NCBI GenBank assembly: GCA_002408565.1
Contig: DHTA01000005.1
Location: forward strand, 178,383 to 242,382
DNA length: 64,000 bases
Direction of reading: 5' to 3'
DNA from: Patescibacteria group bacterium UBA5272
Lineage (GTDB): Bacteria > Patescibacteriota > Minisyncoccia > Phycocordibacterales > UBA5272
Made by a program: the position numbers and the translations under genes. The notes under the pieces are model-generated. The model saw only the letters and a list, made by a program, of their open reading frames with translations. It searched no databases and was not told the origin of the DNA. Positions 27,488 to 36,977 of this stretch are shown here, one piece after another (the stretch's first letter is position 1; every line of letters starts with the position of its first letter).

Positions 27488-28534
27488 TTATTTCATTATT
27501 CCACCACCAATTAATAAATTTTTATCAAAAAATACTAAGGACTGTCCTGGAGTATAGACAAAATTATTGTTAGCTTCTAAAAATTCACAATCAATAGCTA
27601 TTTTTTCTTTACTCTTCTTAAAATCTTTAATTTTTATCTTAGTTTCTTTAGCGTGATACCTTTCCTGTACAAAATATGTTTTTCCTTTTTTTAAATCTGA
27701 AATAAAATTTGTATTCTCTAAAAAGATTTTGTCTTGCTTTTCTTTAAAAACTTTTTCTGAAATGTATAAAATATTTTTTTCTAAATCTTTTTTTATAATA
27801 TATTTTCCGTTTATTTTTTCACCAATAGTGTAAAAGAAAACTCCTTCATGTTCCCCAATCAATTTTTCTAAATCCAAATCAAAAATTTTTCCTTTTTTGT
27901 TTTTAATAAATTCTTTCAAAAAATCTTTTACATCAATTTTTCCAATAAAACACAAACCTTGAGAGTCTTTCTTTTTGGCCGTAGCTAAATCATTTTTCAA
28001 AGCCATTTCTCTAATTTCAGTTTTTAATAAACCTCCGATTGGAAAAATTATTTTTTGTAGTTGTTTTTTATTTAAAGTCCAGAGAAAATAGCTCTGATCT
28101 TTTGATAAATCTTTGGCTTTGTGTAAAAAATTATTTTTATTTTGAGCATAATGTCCTGTAGCTATATAATCAGCTCCGTTTTTCATAGCCCAATCAAGAA
28201 AGGCGCCAAATTTTACCTCTTTATTACAAAAAACATCCGGATTTGGAGTTCTGCCTTTTTTATACTCATCAATCATATAATCTATAACTCCTTCTTTATA
28301 TTCTTTTTCTAAATCCAAAGTTAAAAAAGGAATATTTAATTGAGCACAAATCCTCATAGCGTCTCGCCTGTCTTCTTTCCATGTGCATTCTATAAAATCA
28401 GGCTGCCAAACCTTAATAAAGACTCCCGTGACTTCATATCCTTTATTTTTTAACAACAAGGCTGCGACCGAAGAGTCTACTCCCCCCGATATTCCCACAA
28501 ACACTTTTTTCTTTTTATTTTTTTCTTTCAGCAT
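27488..28534 (-). CDS. mnmA: tRNA-specific 2-thiouridylase
   Basis: PP-loop VFVGISGGVDSSVAALLLK and catalytic cysteines. Confidence 0.9.
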   Translation of the reverse strand: MLKEKNKKKKVFVGISGGVDSSVAALLLKNKGYEVTGVFIKVWQPDFIECTWKEDRRDAMRICAQLNIPFLTLDLEKEYKEGVIDYMIDEYKKGRTPNPDVFCNKEVKFGAFLDWAMKNGADYIATGHYAQNKNNFLHKAKDLSKDQSYFLWTLNKKQLQKIIFPIGGLLKTEIREMALKNDLATAKKKDSQGLCFIGKIDVKDFLKEFIKNKKGKIFDLDLEKLIGEHEGVFFYTIGEKINGKYIIKKDLEKNILYISEKVFKEKQDKIFLENTNFISDLKKGKTYFVQERYHAKETKIKIKDFKKSKEKIAIDCEFLEANNNFVYTPGQSLVFFDKNLLIGGGIMK

Positions 28535-28540
28535 TAGTTT

Positions 28541-29107
28541 TTAAACTGCTCTCATCAACTTTTTATATACCTCAACTAAAGCTCTAGTATCCGCTAGAGC
28601 TGTGTGAGCTTTAACATTTTGCACCTTCAACAACTCACACAAATATCTTAAAGTAAAGAATGAGGCTTGAGGAGCATCATAAAGTCTAGCAAAAGCTATA
28701 GAAATAGTATCTAGTTTGCCATAGTGCATATCATTTTCTATACCAGTTTTTTTATACGCCCTATCAATAAAATTGTAATCAAAAACCAAATTGTGAGAAA
28801 CAAAAGTACAACCTTCAGCTTTTTTGTTAAAATCTTCTATAGCATTTTTAAGTGGAACAGCAAAAAGCCAGTCTACTTCATTGTAGCCATTTATTCTTAA
28901 AGCTTCTTCTTCAGCATCCTCTAGTCTTTCTGGTTTAATTTTCCATTCATATTCTCCGAGAATTTCAATTTTTGGCCCCTTTCCTTCTCTTTCAATTTGT
29001 TTTACTACAATTAAAGCCAATTCGATAATTTCGTGTTTTTCATAATCTGTTCCAGTAGTTTCTACGTCTACAAAAGCTAAGTTGTGTGTTTTCATATGTT
29101 TTTCCAA
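28541..29107 (-). CDS. DEDDh 3'-5' exonuclease (DnaQ/epsilon-like)
   Basis: Exo I motif FVDVETTG and Exo III motif HTALADTRAL. Confidence 0.7.
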   Translation of the reverse strand: MEKHMKTHNLAFVDVETTGTDYEKHEIIELALIVVKQIEREGKGPKIEILGEYEWKIKPERLEDAEEEALRINGYNEVDWLFAVPLKNAIEDFNKKAEGCTFVSHNLVFDYNFIDRAYKKTGIENDMHYGKLDTISIAFARLYDAPQASFFTLRYLCELLKVQNVKAHTALADTRALVEVYKKLMRAV

Positions 29108-29171
29108 AAAGTTTTTCCACGCAAGATGTGAAAGTTTTAAATTTATCTACACCAGTATATCACAAAAAAAA

Positions 29172-30302
29172 TTATTGATTTCTGAGGTATTTATTAATAT
29201 TTTCTAAATGAGTCTTATAATCTTTAGCATAATAATTTATCCCGTCATTTCCAGTAATATAGTATATATAATCAAAGTTAATTGGAGTAAGAACCGACCT
29301 TATAGCTACTATGCCAGGATTATTAATTGGAGTTTTTGTAAAACCTTTTTCTTTATAAGTGCTAGTAGCCGCATCAATCTGTAATGGAAAATTTATTTTT
29401 AATCTTGTCCAAAGAACTCCGGCCACCATGCGCATATCTCGTTCGTTGTTAGCTTCACCCTCTAAATAACTCGCCATTTTTATAATATCGTCAATGGAAA
29501 CTGTGGTTGTACCAACTTCATTTATTAAAGTTAATCTTTTGGTTAAATTTATGGTCTTTGTCTCATCCAAAAAATATTCTTCTATTGGGAACTCACTTAA
29601 ATCTAAAGCGTAAAAATGCAAATCTTCTTTTTCTTCAGTAAAAAGTTTCTTTAATCTTACATAAAAATTATCCTCCATTTGTGTAATCACTTGATCTAAA
29701 GTGACATTTGGCAAAAATAAATAAGTCTCCGGGAACAAATACCCTTCCTTGTCTTCAATTTTTGAAAAGATATTTTCTTCTGAAAAGTCGTCTCTTAGTT
29801 GAGTTTTATCAGATACAGCTGAAAAAGCTTCGCTAATTATTGCAGATATTTTTTTTGTATTATACCCTTCCGGAATAGTGATTCTAACTGGAGGTATAGC
29901 ATAATGTGAACCAATGATTTTATTAGCCACAGAAACTAAAGTATCTTTTTTTTCAAATTGATATATGCCAGCTTGGGCGATTTGATTTTTAGAAAAAAGT
30001 TTTACATAAACCTTAAAAGCCAAAGAAGATTTTATGATTTCCTGTTCTTCTAATCTTTGTCCAATATAGGCTACACTTTCACCATTATTGATTTGGAAAT
30101 AATTATTTTCAGAAGGCATGTTCTCCAAATTAACTTTAGTAAAAAAAATATTATAAATAAAAAGCAAAAATAAAATTATTATTATTAAAGATAAAATGTG
30201 ATATTTATTGTCACAAAAAAATTGAAAAATATTTTTATCTTTACTTTTATCTTCTTCTATTTTTTTGAGTATAAAAAAATTTCTGAAATCATCCTTCGGC
30301 AT
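29172..30302 (-). CDS. mltG: endolytic murein transglycosylase MltG/YceG
   Basis: An N-terminal TM helix and the YceG motif GYLFPETYLF. Confidence 0.8.
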   Translation of the reverse strand: MPKDDFRNFFILKKIEEDKSKDKNIFQFFCDNKYHILSLIIIILFLLFIYNIFFTKVNLENMPSENNYFQINNGESVAYIGQRLEEQEIIKSSLAFKVYVKLFSKNQIAQAGIYQFEKKDTLVSVANKIIGSHYAIPPVRITIPEGYNTKKISAIISEAFSAVSDKTQLRDDFSEENIFSKIEDKEGYLFPETYLFLPNVTLDQVITQMEDNFYVRLKKLFTEEKEDLHFYALDLSEFPIEEYFLDETKTINLTKRLTLINEVGTTTVSIDDIIKMASYLEGEANNERDMRMVAGVLWTRLKINFPLQIDAATSTYKEKGFTKTPINNPGIVAIRSVLTPINFDYIYYITGNDGINYYAKDYKTHLENINKYLRNQ

Positions 30303-30391
30303 AATAATTAAATATTTAAAATTAATAAAATCATAATATCACAAAAAAGCTTTTAAAATAAGCTTTTTTGTAAATTGCCAGAAAACCCTTA

Positions 30392-31915
30392 TTAAACAGG
30401 CAAATCTGCTGGCGAGGAAGATTTAACCGAGTCGATACGAGGAATTGTTGGAGTGGCCGCAACTTCACCTGGAAAATGATAAAGGGTTGCCAACTCTTCA
30501 AGACTTAGAACATTACCCTTACTATAATTTTTTAAAGGCTTAAAAGGATGGAATAAAATGTTATTGAAAGTGGACCAGAGTTTTCTAATATAATTTGGTT
30601 TATCAAATAAAATTATATCTAAATTTTTACTTGTACTTTCACTCATACCTCCAGGAGAATATGAAAATAGCCCACCTCTACCCAAATAAGAGCCAAACAT
30701 CCCTTCCTTTCTCCATGGCACAACTTTTTTAGTTGCGTCCTGCCAAGGATAATCAAATGGATCTGGAATAGTTTTGTCATTTGGTCTAAAAGTATTGAAA
30801 CCCGAATCTTCATTAAAAGGTCTAGTAAGGCCCATCAACATCGGCATTCTGGTTCCTATATTATCGGTATTTTCTGCTACATATATAGTTCTAAAAACAG
30901 CGATAACTTGAGGCTTATTCATTTTTCTTTGTATCAAATCTAAATTTCTTTTTGATTCATCATCTTTATCTACAGGCTTAGAAATTACCATATCATGAGC
31001 ATATTCGTAAACTTTAAAAGTCTCTATTCCGTCCTTGTCTTTCTCTGTTTTACCTTTAAGATTCCCCCACTCATCTTCTTCTTTGTCTCCTTTCTTTTTA
31101 AAGGCCCACTTCCTTTTATACTTTTCGGTTTCAAACTTTACTAAATCGGAAAGTTTTTTTCCTTTTTCTTCTTTTCCGTCTTTGGTGACAGTGTATATAT
31201 CATTCCATTTTCCAGCATCTCTAAGAACGATTTGATAACCCATATATTCTCCAGCCCCAATAGATCCCATAGCCTCCAAAACATAAGTTAAAGGATCGTG
31301 TTTGTTTATCTCTTTAGGATCTTTGTCTAATCCCCAATCTTTATAAGTTTTGATCGGATACATGTCTCCCGGATATTCCATTTTGAAAACCTTATTTTCT
31401 TTATCGTCTCCAATTTCAGCTTCTCCCTTTTTTGCCAAAATCCATTCTGAACCGCCAAAACCATAACCTTCTTTGTTTTGTCGAGTAAATTTAGGAAATT
31501 GTTTAGTGTAATCTTCAGCCCATTCTACAATTTCCACATTTGGATACTGAGAATAGATAGCCGCTTCTATTCTCGGCTTAAACTTAGATTCCGCCCTAAC
31601 AAAAAAATGAATTACCCCTTCTAAAGAAACGATTTCTAAAGAAGAGACAGCCGGTAATCTGCCTTCCCAATTTTCTTTATACCAATTTCCAAGCCCTCCA
31701 CCATCATAAACAGCCCTCAAGAATATTTCTGTAGCTTCAGGGCTTTTGTTTATTTCTCTTGGCAACTTAATTTCCAACAGACTATATTTAAGCTTTTTTT
31801 CATAAGTGGTATTTACATACAACATCCAAAATTTCCAAGCCCAAGCTAAAAGTAAAGTAAAAAGAGCTACGTTAATAAGAAAAATCCCAATATCAAGAAG
31901 CAGTTGTAAACTCAT
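30392..31915 (-). CDS. hypothetical membrane-anchored protein (507 aa), unknown family
   Basis: A single N-terminal TM helix (IGIFLINVALFTLLLAWAW), followed by a large domain rich in K/E/D/W/Y/G with no motif I recognise. Confidence 0.55.
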   Translation of the reverse strand: MSLQLLLDIGIFLINVALFTLLLAWAWKFWMLYVNTTYEKKLKYSLLEIKLPREINKSPEATEIFLRAVYDGGGLGNWYKENWEGRLPAVSSLEIVSLEGVIHFFVRAESKFKPRIEAAIYSQYPNVEIVEWAEDYTKQFPKFTRQNKEGYGFGGSEWILAKKGEAEIGDDKENKVFKMEYPGDMYPIKTYKDWGLDKDPKEINKHDPLTYVLEAMGSIGAGEYMGYQIVLRDAGKWNDIYTVTKDGKEEKGKKLSDLVKFETEKYKRKWAFKKKGDKEEDEWGNLKGKTEKDKDGIETFKVYEYAHDMVISKPVDKDDESKRNLDLIQRKMNKPQVIAVFRTIYVAENTDNIGTRMPMLMGLTRPFNEDSGFNTFRPNDKTIPDPFDYPWQDATKKVVPWRKEGMFGSYLGRGGLFSYSPGGMSESTSKNLDIILFDKPNYIRKLWSTFNNILFHPFKPLKNYSKGNVLSLEELATLYHFPGEVAATPTIPRIDSVKSSSPADLPV

Positions 31916-31975
31916 ATGTTTATAAAGAAATTATATCATAAAGAAAATTACTTTCTGAAAATATATTATATAAGC

Positions 31976-32004
31976 TTGACAAAGATTATATAATATGCTA
32001 TATT
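31976..32004 (+). promoter_or_regulatory. canonical sigma-70 promoter (TTGACA, 17 bp, TATATT)
   Basis: TTGACA at 31976-31981, a 17-nt spacer, and TATATT at 31999-32004. It lies 37 nt upstream of the 32041 ORF. Confidence 0.5.
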
Positions 32005-32040
32005 ACTTATAGTTAAAAAATTCTTTAAAGATTTAATAAA

Positions 32041-32442
32041 ATGAAAAAACAACACCTTCTTACTTTAATTGTTCTGCTTTTTATGGGAACAATAGTGAAC
32101 GCTCAAGTCCACCATAAGGTAGACGTAGAAGTTGCAGATATAAATATATCTGCAAATACGATTACTGGAAAAATATTTTGCCAGATGAAATTAGAAACCA
32201 GTTTCCTGCAGAAAACAGAAAACACTTGGGAGAAAAAAGTTTTTTGGTATCAGGAAACACTGAACCCGGAAGATTGTTCAAGTTTCTGGTTTCATGTTAA
32301 TAAGGGTGACAGAAATAAAGGTGTCCTGTCTATATTCGACGGAGACTATATCGAAACTGGTCTCCTTGAAGTCCAGCTGTATGGGAGAACACTTCTGTCC
32401 ACAGACATAAGACATAAAAAAACAAAACCCTCTACAAAATAG
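32041..32442 (+). CDS. small secreted protein (133 aa) of unknown function, compositionally atypical
   Basis: Signal-peptide-like N-terminus MKKQHLLTLIVLLFMGTIVNAQV. GC content and codon choice (CTG, CAG, GTC, CTC) are visibly richer than in neighbouring genes. Stop is TAG. Confidence 0.5.
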   Translation: MKKQHLLTLIVLLFMGTIVNAQVHHKVDVEVADINISANTITGKIFCQMKLETSFLQKTENTWEKKVFWYQETLNPEDCSSFWFHVNKGDRNKGVLSIFDGDYIETGLLEVQLYGRTLLSTDIRHKKTKPSTK

Positions 32443-32452
32443 AGGGTTTTTT
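32428..32452 (+). terminator. rho-independent terminator
   Basis: CCCTCTA-CAAAA-TAGAGGG followed by TTTTTT. The stop codon sits in the loop/stem. Confidence 0.6.
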
Positions 32453-32470
32453 ATTTTATTCGTCTCAATC

Positions 32471-33526
32471 TTATTTTAAAAGCTGATATCTTCCATCCTT
32501 GTCTTTTTTAAAATATTTAGCATCTTGAAGGTTGATAACGACGGTATTGGCCTTTACTATTCTTTTCTCTAAAACCCTATCAACAATTTCTTGTTTTAAC
32601 ATTGGCTTACCAGACTCTTTAAGACTTTGAATAATAACGTCTCTAACAACTCCAGCTGCATGTCCCCACTCTTTTAAACCATACATGCCCCTTCCCACCA
32701 AAACAAATCTTTTATCTTTAATCAGCTCATTGTGGCATGTAGCAACATTAGTTTTCTTTTTGAAAGTTTTTTCTATTTCTGTCGCCACGTCTCTAAAATG
32801 CATAGGTTTGCCGTTTTTTCTAACTACTAAATAAGCGTAATCTTTAACTCCTCTAGCCTTAATATGTGGAGAAGTAACTTTGCCCCATTCTCCTAATTCA
32901 TTTTTCCCAACAACTTTAGAAATCGATAAATATTTGTTAATAATTTCTCTGTTATTTTTATATTCATCAACTAGTTGATCTAAATTAGAAACAAATTTTT
33001 CCAAAACTTCCTCTTCTTGAAGTAATTGATCTTCGTCTATAGAATCATGTAATTGACACAAACAACCTTTTACATGATCACAGAGAATATCATCTACACT
33101 CCAATAAGGATAAAAATTGTCAGTTTCTTTTCCTTTGGTAAAATATCCCCCGAGAACTAAATATAAGTTAATATGGTTTTGAATAATTTTGTCTTTAGTG
33201 ATATAGGTCATCAGAGTGTCTTCTGTGACTACAGAACCTAATTTTTGAATTATCTCTTTAAGTTCATCAAAAATGAAAGCATTCTCTTTGTATTCTGGAG
33301 TTTTTTTGATGGAGGTCAAAGCAAAATTTTCAATTTGTCTCACTCTTTCTCGAGTAATATTATAATTTTTTCCAATAGCTTCAAGGGTCATTCTTTTTTC
33401 ATTATCTAACCCGTAACGACTTGAAACTATATCTCTCATTCTTGGATTGAGGGAAGATAAAAGTTTTTTAGAAATTTGCTTTGGTTTAAAGGATAGCTTT
33501 GTTGTTGCTTCTGTCATATTTTTCAA
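32471..33526 (-). CDS. sigma-70 region-4-like HTH protein with C-terminal HARE-HTH/winged-helix domains
   Basis: The N-terminus RMRDIVSSRYGLDNEKRMTLEAIGKNYNITRERVRQIENFAL matches sigma region 4. The C-terminus GKPMHFRDVATEIEK...ATCHNELIKDKRFVLVGRGMYGLKEW matches the HARE-HTH pattern of the RNAP delta N-terminal domain. A second similar unit follows (GKPMLKQEIVDRVLEK...DGRYQLL). Confidence 0.55.
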   Translation of the reverse strand: MKNMTEATTKLSFKPKQISKKLLSSLNPRMRDIVSSRYGLDNEKRMTLEAIGKNYNITRERVRQIENFALTSIKKTPEYKENAFIFDELKEIIQKLGSVVTEDTLMTYITKDKIIQNHINLYLVLGGYFTKGKETDNFYPYWSVDDILCDHVKGCLCQLHDSIDEDQLLQEEEVLEKFVSNLDQLVDEYKNNREIINKYLSISKVVGKNELGEWGKVTSPHIKARGVKDYAYLVVRKNGKPMHFRDVATEIEKTFKKKTNVATCHNELIKDKRFVLVGRGMYGLKEWGHAAGVVRDVIIQSLKESGKPMLKQEIVDRVLEKRIVKANTVVINLQDAKYFKKDKDGRYQLLK

Positions 33527-33622
33527 AAATTTTCAATAATTAAAAACACCCGACTAAACTTATATATTAATATATCTATATTACTACAACTTGACAAAAA
33601 AGTCAAAAGTGTCGATAATCAT

Positions 33623-36124
33623 TTAAATAACTATATTAATAAGTTTATTTTTTACCACAATAATTTTTTTAATCTGAGACTCATTATTTACATATTTTCG
33701 ATAAATCTCTGTGCTTTTAGCAGATTCCAACACCTCTTCATCAGACACACCTGGTTTAGAAATAAAAGTTCCTCTAAATTTTCCAGAAATTTGTAAACTT
33801 ATTTCTATCTCATCTTTTTCCATTTTTGTCTCATCATAGTTTGGCCAAATCGCAAGATGAATAGAGCTTTCATGATTTAAAACATTTTGCCAAATTTCTT
33901 CAGAAATATGCACAGTAAAAGGAGAGATAATTTTTACAAAATCTTCAAAAGTTTTTTTCGAAACTGGGTTACCTTTTTTCACTTCATCCTCTAAAGTGTT
34001 TAGACAAATCATCATCTGAGCTATAGCTGTATTAAATTTAAAATCTTCAATATCTTCACCTACTTTTTTAATAGTCTCGTTAATCACTCTAGTTAACTCT
34101 TTAGATTCAGAAACATTTTCTTCAAAATTATTATCTTTAGCAAAAGAGTATATTCTTTCTAAAAACCTAGAAACTCCTGCCATATTATTAGTGCTCCAAG
34201 AAATAGCTTTATCAAAAGGCCCCATAAACATTTCATAAGTCCTCATAGTGTCAGCCCCATATTCTTTTACTATATCGTCCGGATTAACAACATTGTTGTA
34301 CCTTTTACTCATTTTCTTTCCATCCTCTGCCATAATCAAACCCACAGTTTGGAGTTTTGAAAAAGGCTCATCATAATTTACAAAACCCTTATCAAAAAGG
34401 AATTTGTGCCAAAAGCGAGCGTAGATTAAGTGGCGTGTCGCATGCTCTGCTCCTCCGACATAAAAGTCTACAGGGCTCCATTTTTTTTCTAACTCTTTAT
34501 CTACAAATATCTCATCATTTTTAGGATCAACATATCTGAGATAATACCAAGAACTTCCCGCCCATTGTGGCATAGTGTTTGTCTCTCTGTAAAACAGTTT
34601 TGCTCTTTCGTCCGATTTGTCGCACGATTCAAATTCATTATCCTTATTTATAAATCCATAAACCTCCACCCAATCACGGATGTTGGCAAGTGGAGATTCA
34701 CCTGTATCTGTCGGCTCATAATTTTCTACATTTGGCAAAACTATTGGAAGCTCTTTATCTGCTACTACATAACTTTTACGATTGCCAGATTCATCTTCTG
34801 CAAAAACAATTGGAAATGGCTCCCCCCAATATCTTTGTCTTGCAAATACCCAATCTTTTAATTTATATTTACTTACAATTTTTCCTCCAACCTTTTCAGT
34901 AATTTTTATTCTCGCTTCTTCAGAATTCACTTCATCATATTCTCCAGAATTTATTAGAATTCCTTCTCCTTCAAATAAATCTTCTTGTAAATCAGAATCT
35001 TCTTTTTTTATTACTTCCACAATTTCAATATTATATTTCTTAGCAAATTCGTAATCTCTCCCATCGTGCGCTGGCACAGCCATAATTGCGCCTGTTCCAT
35101 AATCACTTAAAATATAATTCGCAATATAAATCGGCACCTCTTCTCCATTTGCCGGATTTATCGCTTTTATTCCAGTATCGACTCCTTCTTTTTCCAGTTT
35201 AGACATGTCAAAATCCAAAGTCCTTTCCTTCTCTTCTTTTTCAAGTTTTTCTACAAAATTTTTTATTTTATCATCAGCTTTCCAACCACCTCTGATCCAC
35301 TCTTTTGCAAGAGTGTAAGAAATACACATAAAGGTACAACCAAATAAAGTATCTGCTCTAGTGGTAAAAATTTTTAATTTATTTTCTTTTAAGTTATTTT
35401 TCTCAGCATCAACTATTTCAAAATTAATTTCACTTCCTTCGCTTTTTCCAATCCAATTTCTTTGAAGCTCTTTAATGTGTGGTTCCCAATTTAATTTATC
35501 TAAATCCTCTAAAAGTCTGTCTGCATAATTTGTAATTTTTATTACCCATTGACGAAGTGGTTTCTTCTCCACCGGAGTCCCACATCTCTCGCAAACATTT
35601 CCGTCTAGATCTTCATTCGCCAAACCAGTTTTACAACTTGGACACCAATTAATTGGCTCAAAAGACTCGTAAGCTAAACCATCTTTATACATTTGTTTAA
35701 ACATCCACTGAGTCCATTTGTAATATTTTGGATCGGTAGTATTTATTTCTCTATCCCAATCATAATTAAGTCCTAACATTTCAATTTGCTCTTTATATCT
35801 TTTTACATTTTTTTCTGTGGCAATATTCGGATTAATTTTATTTTTTATAGCGAACTGTTCAGCAGGAAGACCGAAAGCATCCCAACCCATAGGGTGAAGC
35901 ACATTATATCCTTGCATTTTCTTTAAACGAGAATAAACATCTGTCGCAATATATCCTTTTGGGTGACCAACATGGAGACCTTCACCGGATGGATACGGAA
36001 ACATGTCTAAAATATAAAATTTCTTTTTTCCTAAACTAAAATCATTACTGGTTTTGTTAATTTTATTTTCTAGCCAATATTTTTGCCATCTGCTTTCAAT
36101 TTCGCCATAATTTAGTTTAATCAT
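33623..36124 (-). CDS. leuS: leucine--tRNA ligase
   Basis: HIGH motif (HVGHPKGY), KMSKS motif (KMSKR) and an editing domain. Start trimmed to MIKLNYGEIESRWQKYW; the track start at 36160 adds 12 AT-rich codons. Confidence 0.9.
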   Translation of the reverse strand: MIKLNYGEIESRWQKYWLENKINKTSNDFSLGKKKFYILDMFPYPSGEGLHVGHPKGYIATDVYSRLKKMQGYNVLHPMGWDAFGLPAEQFAIKNKINPNIATEKNVKRYKEQIEMLGLNYDWDREINTTDPKYYKWTQWMFKQMYKDGLAYESFEPINWCPSCKTGLANEDLDGNVCERCGTPVEKKPLRQWVIKITNYADRLLEDLDKLNWEPHIKELQRNWIGKSEGSEINFEIVDAEKNNLKENKLKIFTTRADTLFGCTFMCISYTLAKEWIRGGWKADDKIKNFVEKLEKEEKERTLDFDMSKLEKEGVDTGIKAINPANGEEVPIYIANYILSDYGTGAIMAVPAHDGRDYEFAKKYNIEIVEVIKKEDSDLQEDLFEGEGILINSGEYDEVNSEEARIKITEKVGGKIVSKYKLKDWVFARQRYWGEPFPIVFAEDESGNRKSYVVADKELPIVLPNVENYEPTDTGESPLANIRDWVEVYGFINKDNEFESCDKSDERAKLFYRETNTMPQWAGSSWYYLRYVDPKNDEIFVDKELEKKWSPVDFYVGGAEHATRHLIYARFWHKFLFDKGFVNYDEPFSKLQTVGLIMAEDGKKMSKRYNNVVNPDDIVKEYGADTMRTYEMFMGPFDKAISWSTNNMAGVSRFLERIYSFAKDNNFEENVSESKELTRVINETIKKVGEDIEDFKFNTAIAQMMICLNTLEDEVKKGNPVSKKTFEDFVKIISPFTVHISEEIWQNVLNHESSIHLAIWPNYDETKMEKDEIEISLQISGKFRGTFISKPGVSDEEVLESAKSTEIYRKYVNNESQIKKIIVVKNKLINIVI

Positions 36125-36199
36125 AATTTTTATAAATAAGATTTTTATATTATAATACAAAACGAATTTTTACTAAACTCTTTAATTTTTATTAAATCT

Positions 36200-36541
36200 A
36201 TGAAAAACAATCTTGAAAATTTTGCTTCCAAGGTTACTAAATGGATCGGGTCTATTTGGTCCATAATTATTCACACTTTAATTTTTATTCTTTTTTTTAT
36301 TTTAATTTATTTAGGATTTAACCCAGAAAGAGTAATGTTAATTTTGACAACTTTAGTCTCTTTGGAAGCTATATATTTAGCACTCTTTATTCAAATGACT
36401 GTAAATAAACATTCTGAACATATCGCTGATATTGCTGAAGACGTAGACGAAATTCAAGAAGATATTGATGATATTCAAGAAGATATTGAAGAATTAAATG
36501 AAGACGAAGACGAAAATGAAACTGTAAACCTAAAAAACTAA
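36200..36541 (+). CDS. DUF1003-family membrane protein with an acidic repeat tail
   Basis: FNPERVMLILTTLVSLEAIYLALFIQMTVNKHSEH fits the DUF1003 pattern. The C-terminus is DIAEDVDEIQEDIDDIQEDIEELNEDEDENE. Confidence 0.55.
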   Translation: MKNNLENFASKVTKWIGSIWSIIIHTLIFILFFILIYLGFNPERVMLILTTLVSLEAIYLALFIQMTVNKHSEHIADIAEDVDEIQEDIDDIQEDIEELNEDEDENETVNLKN

Positions 36542-36861
36542 ATATCAAACTTGTAAAGAATCCATTCTGTTACTGATAAAACAACAGCAAAGACTGCTGC
36601 TTGCCAAAATGAAACTAAGGTGAAATTTGGAGTAAGGGAAGAAATAATCATAAGTAAAAGCACATTTAAAACTAAATGGAATATTCCTAAAGTTAAAAAA
36701 TTTATTGGCCAAGTAATAAATTTAACAACTGGTTTAACAGTCGCATTCATTAAAGCTAAAATCAAAGTAAAAATCAACAAAGCACCCCAACCAGCATATT
36801 CAATACCTACCAACTTTACCGATAAAAATACAGCTGAGAAGCTTAATATAAAATGAATCAT
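36538..36861 (-). CDS. DUF360 / phage-holin-4-2 family small membrane protein
   Basis: Four TM segments with ALMNATVKPVVKFITWPINFLTLGIFHLVLNVLLL. The 3' end overlaps the DUF1003 gene by 4 nt, convergently. Confidence 0.5.
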   Translation of the reverse strand: MIHFILSFSAVFLSVKLVGIEYAGWGALLIFTLILALMNATVKPVVKFITWPINFLTLGIFHLVLNVLLLMIISSLTPNFTLVSFWQAAVFAVVLSVTEWILYKFDI

Positions 36862-36977
36862 AATTTCATTACTGTTTTAATACTTAATAATAACACACCC
36901 CTTTCTTTATGTTATAATTTTAGCTAAGTCAATTATTAAATTTAATTATTATTAGTAGCAAACTTAAATATGAAAAT

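Noticed and set aside
33527-33622. Plus-strand TTGACA-N17-GATAAT match in the leuS/HARE-HTH spacer
   Set aside because: It would fire antisense into leuS with no downstream plus gene. It is probably a by-product of the TTGAC-T7-GTCAA palindrome there.
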